From an uncultured bacterium (GTDB lineage: Bacteria; Zixibacteria; MSB-5A5; CAIYYT01): a DNA stretch of 63,213 nt. The stretch lies in assembly GCA_903930455.1 (NCBI GenBank), contig CAIYYT010000054.1, positions 1 to 63,213 on the forward strand, given 5' to 3'. Of the stretch, positions 28,977-39,003 are shown in pieces. Position 1 is the first letter of the stretch. Each line of letters opens with the position of its first letter. The notes beneath the pieces were generated by a model. The model searched no databases. It saw nothing but the letters and a program-made list of their open reading frames with translations, and was not told the DNA's origin. Position numbers and translations under genes: made by a program.

Positions 28977-31631
28977 TCAACAGCCCGCACAGGGAGCTGG
29001 TCCACCACTAAAGATGTATGCGATCAAGTAGACCACATCGGAAATATCAGTCGTCAAATCGCAGTTGGCGTCACCAGCCAGCAGCGGCACAGGTGCTGGT
29101 CCGCCGGAGAATATGTAGGCGATCAGGTAGACTACATCAGAGATGTCAACCTCCAAATCGGCGTTGGGGTCGCCACAAAGATACGCGATTACGTGGAACG
29201 ATACCGTGTCAACATTACACACGTCAGAGACTTGTATCTTCACCAATTCCGAAAACGCCGTAAGAGGCGCCAATCCCAACAGCGAATCATTCCGTACACT
29301 GCACCAGTGCGGATACTGCAGATATGTTATCGTGTGCACGTTGTCGTCGGGATCTGTGATCTTCGGGAAATATGCGTACACCTTGCCGCAGCGCACCAGC
29401 GTATCCGCTGGGCCGACCGTTACCACTGGCTTGAAGTTGTTGCATGCATCGCACGCGTCTCCAATTCCATCTCTGTCGTAGTCTTCCTGACATGGATTGT
29501 AAGTCCCTGGGCAGTTGTCGTTCGAACCACAAATCATGTCAAGATCTTCATCGAGACATCCCTTGCCGAACTTGGTCACGAATACGTCACAATCTGCGGG
29601 ATCCACCTGACATGGAGCCGGGAAATTGGTCGAATAGGTCGTGCCGGTCACATGGATTTCTCCGGCGTCGTTCACGGCAATATCAAGCCCGTCGTCGGTG
29701 TCATTCCCTCCCAGATAGGTGCTGAAGACAACACCGCTACCAGACTGGTTCAGCTTCGTCACGAAGGCATCGGAGTTCCCTTGTGCTGTCTGAACTGGGT
29801 CCTGAGTCGGGAAGTCGGTCGAAGAAGTGACCCCGGTGACATAAGCGGCGCCATCGTTATCCACAGTGATACCGTAACCATAGTCTCCACCGTTGCCACC
29901 AAGATACGTGCTGTAGATTAGGCCATTCCCAGCCGCGTTGAATTTGGTCACGAACGCATCCTGACCTGTCTGATCCGTCTGGAATGCGCTCTGCAAAGGA
30001 AAGTCTATGGAATAGGTCATACCGGTCACATAGGCCTGCCCGCTACCGTCGACGGCTATCCCCTGGCCAACATCCGAACCTGTCCCCGCCAGATACGTGC
30101 TGTATGCCAGACTATTCCCTGCAACAGCAAGCTTGGTTACGAAGACGTCATAGTTATGCGCAGGACCCACATAAGTCTGAAACGGATTCTGAGTCGGGTA
30201 GTTGGACGAACTGGTAAAGCCCGTGACATAGGCGCTACCGCTGTCATCGATCGCAATCGCATTTCCCCACTCGCTGTCTGCTCCACCCAGATATGTGCTG
30301 TAGATCAGACTGTTGCCGGACACCGATAATCTGGTCACAAAAACGTCGGCGTCTGCCTGACGCGTTTGATATGGGCTATGCGTCGGGTAATCCGGCGAAT
30401 AGGTGTAGCCCGTCAGAAACGCAGACCCCGTATCATCGACGACAATCGCCGTCCCGTAGTCATCATCGGTTCCGCCGAGGCAGGTACTATAGATGAGACT
30501 ATCGCCCGAGATCGCGAGCTTCGTCACAAAGGCATCATACCCTCCCTGATCCGTCTGAAAGGGATGCTTGGTTGGAAAATCACTCGAAGCAGTGAAACCG
30601 GTAAGATATGCATTACCGCTGTTGTCAATGGCGATGCCCCTTCCGCGATCATTGTCACTGCCTCCCAAATATGTACTGTACATCGGGGTGCGACCATCGG
30701 TAGACAATTTGGTTACCATCACGTCATAGGACGCCTGATACGTCTGGTAGGGAGACTGCGTCGGATAGTCCGTGGACTTAGTATATCCGACCACGTAGGC
30801 ACAACCACTCCCATCCACTGCGATGCCGAAACCCTCTTCCCTGGCGCTGCCGCCGAGCAACGTGCTATACAACATTCCGGCCGATAACACATCCAGCGGT
30901 TGCTTGGCCGTGCCGTCGCTCCACTCGCCAACTACTTCCCCCGATAACCCCTTGATGACACCCAAGGCGGCCCTGCTGCTGACCTGCGGAGCCTGTACCA
31001 CTCCGACCAAATCGCCCCATTTCGTCCGCAAGATCACTCTGCCGTCAGAATCGACCGAAGTCCCGAGGACACCATCATACGCAACCTCAATTTGCGACAC
31101 ATCTGCCCCGGGCGCGAGCACGAATTCATACTCCGGCCGACCATTCCCCGCGTCGACGTATCTCAAATCGATTCCCTGATATACTCCCTTGAGCAAAATC
31201 GCAGAATAGCTCGGTACATTGGTGCGCCATTTTGTAGGGTCGTTGCCGAGGAAATAGTTGCATTTGTATTTAAGCGGTTCTTCACCACGGATATCCATAT
31301 TCGGATTGGCGCCAGCGAATTTGGCGGTCAGGACCAACTGCTCGACGCTGTCCCTCCCAATGTCATTCCCGCCCAAATCAAGGTGTTTCTGGCCCACGTG
31401 GCGCGCAAACTGATATGCCACACCCTCTTTCGTGATCCATAGTGTTGCGCCACCATAGCTGGCGCGAAATAAGACGTTATCACTCCACTGCCCGTCATTC
31501 TGCACAAATGTCAACTCGTTGTGCGCAATATTGTTATCTGCGGAAAATGAGTTTCGAGCATCTGCGTGGGATACGAGGGCTAGTGCGGATAGTGCCGCCA
31601 AGAAAAAAGTGTACGTAAGTCGTTGTAGCAT
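28977..31631 (-). CDS. Secreted SBBP beta-propeller protein with a TSP3-like Ca-binding motif and C-terminal dockerin-like repeats
   Basis: Signal peptide, then seven ~60-aa repeats (YSTYLGG..D.G.GIAVD..G.AYVTG.T.S.DFPT...DAFVTKL). Then DNCPGTYNPCQEDYDRDGIGDACD. Finally two near-identical segments, GD(P/A)N.DL..DISDVVYLIAYIFSGGPAP. Confidence 0.85.
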   Translation of the reverse strand: MLQRLTYTFFLAALSALALVSHADARNSFSADNNIAHNELTFVQNDGQWSDNVLFRASYGGATLWITKEGVAYQFARHVGQKHLDLGGNDIGRDSVEQLVLTAKFAGANPNMDIRGEEPLKYKCNYFLGNDPTKWRTNVPSYSAILLKGVYQGIDLRYVDAGNGRPEYEFVLAPGADVSQIEVAYDGVLGTSVDSDGRVILRTKWGDLVGVVQAPQVSSRAALGVIKGLSGEVVGEWSDGTAKQPLDVLSAGMLYSTLLGGSAREEGFGIAVDGSGCAYVVGYTKSTDYPTQSPYQTYQASYDVMVTKLSTDGRTPMYSTYLGGSDNDRGRGIAIDNSGNAYLTGFTASSDFPTKHPFQTDQGGYDAFVTKLAISGDSLIYSTCLGGTDDDYGTAIVVDDTGSAFLTGYTYSPDYPTHSPYQTRQADADVFVTRLSVSGNSLIYSTYLGGADSEWGNAIAIDDSGSAYVTGFTSSSNYPTQNPFQTYVGPAHNYDVFVTKLAVAGNSLAYSTYLAGTGSDVGQGIAVDGSGQAYVTGMTYSIDFPLQSAFQTDQTGQDAFVTKFNAAGNGLIYSTYLGGNGGDYGYGITVDNDGAAYVTGVTSSTDFPTQDPVQTAQGNSDAFVTKLNQSGSGVVFSTYLGGNDTDDGLDIAVNDAGEIHVTGTTYSTNFPAPCQVDPADCDVFVTKFGKGCLDEDLDMICGSNDNCPGTYNPCQEDYDRDGIGDACDACNNFKPVVTVGPADTLVRCGKVYAYFPKITDPDDNVHTITYLQYPHWCSVRNDSLLGLAPLTAFSELVKIQVSDVCNVDTVSFHVIAYLCGDPNADLEVDISDVVYLIAYIFSGGPAPVPLLAGDANCDLTTDISDVVYLIAYIFSGGPAPCAGC

Positions 31632-31783
31632 ATATCACTCCGAAGTAGTAATGGGTAAACAGTATCCCTCTAATATAACCGTTTGCGAACAAAAGTCAAG
31701 CAAAATGCTGACTGTTAAGTCGAGTACGTGGATTTTTTGGCATCGGAGAATTGGCAGGAAAGCGGTAGCCGCCAGGGCATCGT

Positions 31784-33337
31784 TTACAACACAACCGATT
31801 CGCGGTATTCACCCCAAACGGAGCGCAGGGCATCGGATATCTCCCCTACCGTTGCATAGGATTCGACGCTGCGAAGGATGATCGGCATTAGGTTGTCGTT
31901 TGAATTCGCGGCTGCCGCCAAATCTTGCAGGGCACTGCTGGCAGCGCTATGGTCGCGACGAGATTTGACCGCGGCCAGTCTCGCAATTTGCTCGTCGTAG
32001 ATATTCGCAGAGAGCTTCTGAACTTGTACCTCGACCTTGTCATTGGTGCGGAACTTGTTGACGCCAATAATCACGCGCTCGCCTTTCTCAACCTGAAGCT
32101 GAAAATCGTAGGCGGATGCCTGAATTTCTTTCTGGAAGAAACCCTCTTCAATTGCTCTCAACGATCCGCCCAAAACGTCGACCCGTTTCAAGTACTCCAA
32201 GACGGCAGTCTCGATGTCGTCAGTTTTGGCTTCGAGATAGTAGCTACCGGCCAATGGGTCGACAATGTCGGCAAGGCCGGTTTCGTAACCCAAAATCTGT
32301 TGGATGCGCAATGCCAGTTGTGCTGATTCGGCCGTCGGCAAGGCCAGCGCTTCATCGTGGGCATTCGTATGAAGAGACTGTGTGCCACCCAGCACGGCGG
32401 TGAGCGCTTCAAGAGTTGTGCGTATCGTATTGACCTCCGGCTGTTGCGCGGTTAGCGAGACACCGGCGGTCTGAGTGTGGAAACGTAGCATCATTGAGGC
32501 GGGATTCTTAGCGCCGAAGCGTTGCTTCATTATCCTCGCCCAGATGCGGCGCGCCGCGCGGAACTTGGCGACCTCTTCGAGCAAGTTCTGCTGTGCACAG
32601 AAAAAGAAGGATAATCGCGGCGCAAAGTCGTCGATTGCGAGTCCGGCCTGTAGCGCGTGATTGACGTATTCGATGGCATTGGCAAGCGTAAAGGCGACTT
32701 CCTGAACGGCGGTGGCGCCCGCCTCGCGAATGTGATAGCCGGATATCGAAATCGTGTTGTAGCGCGGCAAATTGGTTCCTGCATAGGCGAAGATGTCGGT
32801 CACCAAACGCATCGACGACTTAGGCGGATAGATGTATGTCCCGCGCGCAATAAACTCTTTGAGGATATCATTCTGCACGGTGCCGGCGATTTGCGACAAC
32901 GACACTCCCTGTTTTCTCGCCACGGCAATGTACATGCAGAGGAGAATCGCCGCCGTGGCGTTGATGGTCATCGAGGTTGAGACTTTGTCGAGCGGGATGC
33001 CGTCGAACAGCATTTCGAAGTCCGCGAGCGTGTCAATCGCAACACCGGTCTTACCGACTTCGCCTTCGGCCATCGGATAGTCGGAATCGTAGCCAATTTG
33101 AGTAGGTAGATCAAAGGCGACTGACAAGCCGGTCTGCCCCTGTTCGAGAAGATATCGATAGCGCAAATTCGATTCGCGCGCGGTGGCGAACCCCGCATAC
33201 TGGCGCATGGTCCAGATGCGGTCGGTGTACATGCCGGGATAGATGCCGCGTGTGTATGGATATTCACCCGGATCGCCAAGTTTGTCGCGGTAGTCAAACT
33301 CGAGCTGGTCGTTATCGCTATAGAATTTCTTGGTCAT
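31784..33337 (-). CDS. Methylmalonyl-CoA mutase family, catalytic (substrate-binding) chain without a B12-binding domain
   Basis: [30 protein letters not shown]. Its ~517 aa end before any DxHxxG B12 domain. The ATG at 33337 is chosen (MTKKFY...); it still overlaps the upstream gene by 20 nt. Confidence 0.85.
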   Translation of the reverse strand: MTKKFYSDNDQLEFDYRDKLGDPGEYPYTRGIYPGMYTDRIWTMRQYAGFATARESNLRYRYLLEQGQTGLSVAFDLPTQIGYDSDYPMAEGEVGKTGVAIDTLADFEMLFDGIPLDKVSTSMTINATAAILLCMYIAVARKQGVSLSQIAGTVQNDILKEFIARGTYIYPPKSSMRLVTDIFAYAGTNLPRYNTISISGYHIREAGATAVQEVAFTLANAIEYVNHALQAGLAIDDFAPRLSFFFCAQQNLLEEVAKFRAARRIWARIMKQRFGAKNPASMMLRFHTQTAGVSLTAQQPEVNTIRTTLEALTAVLGGTQSLHTNAHDEALALPTAESAQLALRIQQILGYETGLADIVDPLAGSYYLEAKTDDIETAVLEYLKRVDVLGGSLRAIEEGFFQKEIQASAYDFQLQVEKGERVIIGVNKFRTNDKVEVQVQKLSANIYDEQIARLAAVKSRRDHSAASSALQDLAAAANSNDNLMPIILRSVESYATVGEISDALRSVWGEYRESVVL

Positions 33338-33842
33338 GGCCTGACAGTGTGATAAGTAATTGCCCTTTGTCAACAGGTCGTCCGACTTGAATGTGGACTT
33401 CCTTGACCTTACCGGATATGGGCGATTTCAGTTCGTTTTCCATCTTCATCGCTTCGACGATCAGCAAGCTCTCGCCCTTGGTGACGGTGTCGCCGATGTT
33501 CTTTAAAAGTCGGACAATCAGACCCGGCATCGGCGCTTTGACCTCGGTATCATGACCGGTTGTGATCAAACCCGCCTGCCTGTGGATCGACACCAGGCGT
33601 TCGTCTTCGACAATACACGGGAATTCTCTACCGGCCAGCAAGACAGAAGTTGCGCCATTGCTACGATATACTTCGGCGTCGAAGGAGCGGGAATCCAGCA
33701 GCATTAGTAAGCGATGGTGTTCCTGATCGGTTACCACTGAACTGCTCATGGGCTTGCCATCGACCATGATCTGCAGCTCCCCTGCCTGCTCGGAAATCTC
33801 AACTGTCAGAGGTTGGTCGTTAATGGTCACCAGATATTTCAT
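33318..33842 (-). CDS. Biotin carboxyl carrier (biotinyl/lipoyl) domain protein
   Basis: C-terminal [17 protein letters not shown] biotinylation motif. Confidence 0.8.
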   Translation of the reverse strand: MKYLVTINDQPLTVEISEQAGELQIMVDGKPMSSSVVTDQEHHRLLMLLDSRSFDAEVYRSNGATSVLLAGREFPCIVEDERLVSIHRQAGLITTGHDTEVKAPMPGLIVRLLKNIGDTVTKGESLLIVEAMKMENELKSPISGKVKEVHIQVGRPVDKGQLLITLSGHDQEIL

Positions 33843-35362
33843 GACTTGCCTCTGTAGTCGTTACGGAGGCCGTCGGTCCTAGCCTGCGCACCCCAGCGTG
33901 AGACGAAAGTTGCAGCGGGGTTGATCTGCTTGACCCGTTTCGAATCATAATAGTAATACAGCGCAGCTGCTACGGCGGCTGCTTCCGTCAAATGTGAGTC
34001 GGGCGGGCCGGTGCAACGTCCACCGGAGAAGTGCTCGGCAACGAAGTTGGTTGTGAGTCTGCCCGCAAGGAACACGGCATGCTCCATCATCGATTCATGG
34101 AAACAGACATTGGTAGCAATGCCCGAGATACGAAATTCCGCAAGCGCCTGTCTCATTCGTTCGATCGCTTCCTGCCGCGTGGCCCCGTAGGTGATCAACT
34201 TCGCCAGCAAGGAGTCATAGTATGGCGGCACTTCCGATTGTTCTCTAACACCGGAATCGACGCGAACACCTGGACCGGAGGGCATGCGATAACTGAGAAT
34301 GCGGCCTGCGCTGGGGAGAAAATCGTTCGCGGGATCTTCCGCGCAAATCCGACATTCGAGCGCGTGACCTTTGATCCTGATTTGATCCTGCGTAAACGAC
34401 AATCTTTCGCCGGAAGCGATTCTGATTTGTTCTTTCACCAGGTCAATTCCGGTTACCAACTCGGTTACCGGATGTTCGACCTGCAAGCGCGTGTTGACTT
34501 CGAGGAAATAGAATTCGCGATCGGCATCCACAAGGAATTCCACCGTGCCGACATTTTCGTAGTTGGCTGCCGCGATTGCCTTAAGCGCAACTTCACCCAT
34601 AGTGCGACGGAGCGGCTCATCGACAAAAACCGAGGGTGCTTCTTCAATTAGCTTCTGATACCGACGCTGGATAGAGCACTCTCTCTCCCCCAGATAGACG
34701 CTGTTGCCAAAGCGATCGCGCGCGATTTGAATCTCGATATGGCGCGGTCGAGTAACATATTTCTCGACGAAAACCCGATCATCGCCAAAAGCCGATTTCG
34801 CCTCGCTACCGGAAGCTGTCAGCGCTGCTGCCAATTCGCTCGACTCTCTGACAATGCGCATGCCCTTGCCACCACCACCGGCGACAGCCTTGACCAACAC
34901 CGGGTAGCCGCACTTTTTTGCGAACGCAGTGGCATGGGAAAGATCATCGGGATGTACGGCTCCGCCAGGAATGACAGGTACTCCGGCCTTTTCGGCAAGT
35001 GTGCGGGCCTCAAGTTTGTCGCCGAGCAGTCTGATAGCTTTCGGCGGTGGACCGATGAAGATCAGTCCCGCGTCAGCAACCATCTGCGCAAAGCGCCAGT
35101 TTTCGGCAAGGAAACCGTAGCCGGGATGGATGGCGTCGGCAGCAGCTTGCTTGGCAACCCCGATGATCTTCTCGCCAACAAGATAGCTTTGAGACGCGGG
35201 GGACTTGCCGATATGATAGGCTTCGTCCGCCATGCGCACATGTAGCGCGCCGCGATCGGCATCCGAAAAGACCGCCACGCTACCAATGCCGAGATGACGG
35301 CAGGCGCGGATGATGCGAATGGCGATTTCGCCCCGATTGGCAATCAGTATCTTAGTAATCAT
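33839..35362 (-). CDS. accC: Biotin carboxylase subunit of an acyl-CoA carboxylase
   Basis: ILIANRGEIAIRIIRA and ATP-grasp GGGGKGMRIV. The 507 aa have no fused BCCP. Confidence 0.9.
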   Translation of the reverse strand: MITKILIANRGEIAIRIIRACRHLGIGSVAVFSDADRGALHVRMADEAYHIGKSPASQSYLVGEKIIGVAKQAAADAIHPGYGFLAENWRFAQMVADAGLIFIGPPPKAIRLLGDKLEARTLAEKAGVPVIPGGAVHPDDLSHATAFAKKCGYPVLVKAVAGGGGKGMRIVRESSELAAALTASGSEAKSAFGDDRVFVEKYVTRPRHIEIQIARDRFGNSVYLGERECSIQRRYQKLIEEAPSVFVDEPLRRTMGEVALKAIAAANYENVGTVEFLVDADREFYFLEVNTRLQVEHPVTELVTGIDLVKEQIRIASGERLSFTQDQIRIKGHALECRICAEDPANDFLPSAGRILSYRMPSGPGVRVDSGVREQSEVPPYYDSLLAKLITYGATRQEAIERMRQALAEFRISGIATNVCFHESMMEHAVFLAGRLTTNFVAEHFSGGRCTGPPDSHLTEAAAVAAALYYYYDSKRVKQINPAATFVSRWGAQARTDGLRNDYRGKS

Positions 35363-35470
35363 CGATCAATCAAGTCCGGCGAGAAGATAAGCAATCATGG
35401 CTATTAGTCAAACGCAATCACGGGCGTGACTGTTGGGGCGCATTTAGGTCGCTTCCGGGCATTCGTGTGT

Positions 35471-35505
35471 GATAAATAAAGCGGCCGCTCGTTAGGCGGC
35501 CGCTT
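35471..35505 (-). terminator. Rho-independent terminator downstream of ferritin
   Basis: Perfect 10-bp stem AAGCGGCCGC/GCGGCCGCTT (35479-35488 / 35496-35505). On the minus strand it is followed by TTTATTTATC. Confidence 0.7.
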
Positions 35506-35545
35506 CCTTATTGACCGCCGGACATCCGGCTCGCTTCGTCTTTAC

Positions 35546-36043
35546 CTAACTTGATTCGCGCATCGCGAAGATGCGATTTTCCATCAGCAGAAGCTGCACT
35601 TTGTCAGTTGCGAATTTGACCATGTCTAACAATTGCTGCGCGATCGAAACCTCCTCGACCTGCTCATCGACGAACCAACCCAGGAAGCTGGCGGTGGCAA
35701 AGTCATTTTCTTTGTTGGCCAGCGCCATCAGTTCGTGAATTAGCCGAGTGATCTTCTTTTCGTGTTCGACGGTGACCTGCACAATCTCCTGTGCGGAAGC
35801 ATAATCGGTTTTGGGATTATCGAGCGCCGTCAGCTTGACATCGGCTCCTTGCTCGACGAGATATCCCGCGATTTTGAGCGCGTGACCCTTTTCCTCCTCC
35901 GCCTGAAGTTGATACCACTTGGCGAATCCCTTCAGACCCATCGACTCGAACCGGTAGGCCATGGCAAGGTATGTCCAATAGGAGAAAAACTCCTCCTTTA
36001 CCTGCTGGTTCAACTTCGCCGCCATTGCTTCAGAAATCATCAT
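35546..36043 (-). CDS. Ferritin (non-haem, Ftn-type)
   Basis: Ferroxidase-centre motifs E..Y, QAEEEKGHALKI and EHEKKIT; 165 aa. Confidence 0.9.
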   Translation of the reverse strand: MMISEAMAAKLNQQVKEEFFSYWTYLAMAYRFESMGLKGFAKWYQLQAEEEKGHALKIAGYLVEQGADVKLTALDNPKTDYASAQEIVQVTVEHEKKITRLIHELMALANKENDFATASFLGWFVDEQVEEVSIAQQLLDMVKFATDKVQLLLMENRIFAMRESS

Positions 36044-36070
36044 ACTTATTACTCCTTATCAGTTCTCAAA

Positions 36071-36148
36071 TGCCCTCAGGGCACGGTCTTCATCTGCATC
36101 CAAAGTCGTACGTGAACTGCATGTTCACATTTTGTTCCTTAAGAACAA
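36071..36148. promoter_or_regulatory. Three palindromes in the divergent ferritin / SPFH intergenic region (candidate operators)
   Basis: TGCCCTcAGGGCA (36071-36083), GTGAAC-N5-GTTCAC (36112-36128) and TTGTTC-N5-GAACAA (36132-36148). Confidence 0.3.
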
Positions 36149-36352
36149 TTGAATTAGGTGTTGGGTTCCGACATTTCGAGGGAAAGCGCGCTAAGCCGGA
36201 CAACCCACATCCCGTTTGCGTCGCTTTGTCCCAGGCCGAAACTGAATGCTTCCTCGTGCTCCACGCGGCCGCACTCAGTCGATTCAAGACATTTTCAATC
36301 TTTGACGATCTTCTGAGGCAGGCACAACCGGCAACATTCTGAGGGAGATACT

Positions 36353-37486
36353 ATGTCAGTATTGATCGAAATCATCGAATGGCTTGACCAAAGCGGTGAC
36401 GAAATGCTCTACCGTATTCCGCAGCAAGGTTCAGCGGACTTCAAGTTGGGCGCGCAGTTGATCGTGCGCGAGAGTCAGATGGCAATCTTTTTCAAGGATG
36501 GACACGCCTGCGACTCTTTCAGCGTGGGCAGGCACACACTTTCGACCCTAAACGTTCCGATCTTAACTCGGCTGCTTTCGTTCCCGTTCGGGTTTAACTC
36601 GCCGTTTCGAGCGGAAGTCTATTTCGTAAATCAGAAGGTCTTCACGAGTCTAAAATGGGGCACCAAAGACCCGGTGACTTTTGAAGACAGCAAGCTCGGG
36701 CTTGTACGGTTGCGGGGCCACGGTGCTTACACAATTCGGGTTACCCAGCCGCTATTGTTTCTAAACACGATCGTCGGCAGACAGGCGTTGTACATAACCA
36801 ATGATATTCAAGATTATCTCCGCGATGTGATTATCGCTCGTATGAACGACCTGCTCGGCGAGAAGCTGGATTCGATTTTGGACCTCCCCGGGCAATACGA
36901 GAAGCTTGCCGAGGATTTCAAAAAGGGAGTCGCTGACGAATTCTCGAAGTACGGCCTTGAACTGATCGATTTCTTTATCTCCTCAATTACTCCCCCCGAT
37001 GAGGTCGGCAAGATGATTGATCAGCGGTCAGGAATGGAAGCGATTGGCGATCTCGATAAGTTCTTCAAGTTCGAGATGGCAAAAGGTCTGGCAACTTCGG
37101 GCATTGCCGGAGCGACCGGTAACACCGTGGGAATGGCGGCGGGTGTCGGACTAATGGTGCCGACGATGATGAGCAAAGTTTTCTCTCCGGAGCAACAGGA
37201 GTTAAGAAAAGCGCCGTTGGCAACTGTGACCTGCCCCAAGTGCCATACGGATACACCGGAACAGTCGCGCTATTGCTACCGCTGCGGGCATCAGATGATC
37301 GTGCAGAATCTCTGTCCGTCCTGCCACAAGGAATTGCCTTCCGAGGCCATGTTCTGTCTCTTCTGCGGGCTTCGCCTGAACGCCAAGGAGCTTTGCCCTA
37401 ACTGTCAGGCGGAAATGATTCCCGGCTCGAAGTTCTGTGGCAAGTGCGGTAAGGCGGTGAAACGCGATGATACCTGTCAAAGCTAA
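36353..37486 (+). CDS. SPFH-domain protein of the YdjI / COG4260 type with three C-terminal zinc ribbons
   Basis: N-terminal IIEW.D.....L.YR.P......GAQLIV.E.Q.A.F..G signature. The C-terminus has CPKC-x10-CYRC, CPSC-x10-CLFC and CPNC-x10-CGKC. Confidence 0.8.
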   Translation: MSVLIEIIEWLDQSGDEMLYRIPQQGSADFKLGAQLIVRESQMAIFFKDGHACDSFSVGRHTLSTLNVPILTRLLSFPFGFNSPFRAEVYFVNQKVFTSLKWGTKDPVTFEDSKLGLVRLRGHGAYTIRVTQPLLFLNTIVGRQALYITNDIQDYLRDVIIARMNDLLGEKLDSILDLPGQYEKLAEDFKKGVADEFSKYGLELIDFFISSITPPDEVGKMIDQRSGMEAIGDLDKFFKFEMAKGLATSGIAGATGNTVGMAAGVGLMVPTMMSKVFSPEQQELRKAPLATVTCPKCHTDTPEQSRYCYRCGHQMIVQNLCPSCHKELPSEAMFCLFCGLRLNAKELCPNCQAEMIPGSKFCGKCGKAVKRDDTCQS

Positions 37487-38915
37487 GCGCGGGTTCTATA
37501 TCGCCGCAAGCTGCCCGGCTTGCGGGGCGGAACTCGAACTGGAGTCGGATTTTCTGACGACTTCGTGTTCGAGTTGTAACTCAGTGCTGAGGATTCTTAC
37601 TCCAGCTACACCACCGGCGTATGTTGTCGGAGCGAAGGTATTCGACAAGGATGTGCGTTTTCACATTGATCACCATCTGAAGGGCAACGCCGAGCCACTG
37701 ACCGACTCTCTCGACAGAGTACGGAAGGTCTACTTCCCGTATTGGAAAATCGACGCCATCTTGTTGAGGCTGCGTCACCGCAAGAAAACGCGAATCAACT
37801 ATGATGAGGAGACAAACACCGAGACGTCAACCGATCAGAGGAAGGTCGAGACGATGCTGTCGCCGTATGACATCACAATTGCAGCCGGTGGTTTGCCGGA
37901 AATCATACCCTGCAGCCTCGGCGAACGAACCGAGTATGTCCCGATGAAGCCGTACAGCGAGGAACACTTGCAGTCCGGTTTTGAGTCACTAAACATCGAG
38001 ATACCCTGGCAGGATGCCATCACCAGCGCTAACCGGGCGGTTGGTCAACTGAATCATGTCTCAGCAGACGAGTTTGGTGTGAACATCTCGCTTCTGCTTC
38101 GTCCGGTACTATCGCTCATCAACTTCCCCTACTTTTTGGCGGAAGTCAATATGAGAGGCAAGCAGAGGAGCTACGTGCTGGATGGATTGACAGGTCGAAT
38201 CGTCTATGACTGCAATGACAGCATCTCCGACCAATTGCATATTGCTGACCATCAACAATCGGCTGAGTTGGGCCGCTTGGGCGTGGAATTGCACCGCTGC
38301 AGCAACTGCGGCGAACAACTGCCGGACACTCGGTCGTACGTCTACGTGTGCCGAAACTGTCAGCAATTGACGGTTCTTGAGGATTGTCCCCAGCTGAATT
38401 GTCGGATTCTGTCGGTTCAGGGATCGGCAAACGCCGATGACCAGTACTTCCCCTTTTGGATATTCAGACTCCCTGCCGAGCAGACGAATGTTTTCAGGAT
38501 AAGATTCGGCGGCAGCGAGAATGTCGGGGCTATATGCGTGCCGGCATTTCGGATTAAGAATTTCGAGGCAATGTATCGCCTCACGCGGCGCATCTCCGGC
38601 GCAGTGTCGGAGCTATCGATGCGTGAATCACGGGAGTTGAAAGAAAACTACCTGCCGGTTGCGGTCGGAATAACCGAAGCTGGGGCGCTGGCACATGTGG
38701 CCCTGATGCGTGAAGTAGTTGGAAAATCTCAAGAGCTTCCCCGCGCTCTGGCGGATCTGCTGTTTGAGGAAGTCTCCTTGTTTTTCGCGCCGTTTCATCC
38801 GGAAAGCTATTTTCTGGTTGACTCCTGCCTTGGCGCAGTGACTTTCGAAAAATCGTTGGCGGGAGTACAAACGAAGCCCGTTCCCACATCTACCCCAAGT
38901 ACGTTAAGAATGTAG
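37467..38915 (+). CDS. Hypothetical protein with two CxxC-x13/14-CxxC zinc ribbons, each followed by a Y-F-P-[YF]-W motif
   Basis: CPAC..CSSC (aa 16-37) then YFPYW (aa 89-93). CSNC..CRNC (aa 278-298) then YFPFW (aa 327-331). 20-nt overlap with the SPFH gene. Confidence 0.7.
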   Translation: MIPVKAKRGFYIAASCPACGAELELESDFLTTSCSSCNSVLRILTPATPPAYVVGAKVFDKDVRFHIDHHLKGNAEPLTDSLDRVRKVYFPYWKIDAILLRLRHRKKTRINYDEETNTETSTDQRKVETMLSPYDITIAAGGLPEIIPCSLGERTEYVPMKPYSEEHLQSGFESLNIEIPWQDAITSANRAVGQLNHVSADEFGVNISLLLRPVLSLINFPYFLAEVNMRGKQRSYVLDGLTGRIVYDCNDSISDQLHIADHQQSAELGRLGVELHRCSNCGEQLPDTRSYVYVCRNCQQLTVLEDCPQLNCRILSVQGSANADDQYFPFWIFRLPAEQTNVFRIRFGGSENVGAICVPAFRIKNFEAMYRLTRRISGAVSELSMRESRELKENYLPVAVGITEAGALAHVALMREVVGKSQELPRALADLLFEEVSLFFAPFHPESYFLVDSCLGAVTFEKSLAGVQTKPVPTSTPSTLRM

Positions 38916-39003
38916 CACAATTAGAAGTGCCGTACCCCTTATCAGGAGTATGGCACAGTATCAATCAGCCGCCATGACGGCGGTTTGGTTGCAGTTTCTG
39001 GGT

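Noticed and set aside
29193-29921. 242-aa + strand ORF
   Set aside because: Antisense to the SBBP/dockerin gene.
34031-34651. 206-aa + strand ORF
   Set aside because: Antisense to the biotin carboxylase gene.
36112-36128. LexA (Cheo-box-like) operator GAAC-N-GTTC
   Set aside because: The spacing is N5 between the GAAC and GTTC cores, whereas the Gram-positive-type box is GAAC-N4-GTTC. No SOS gene is nearby. It is reported only as a generic palindrome.
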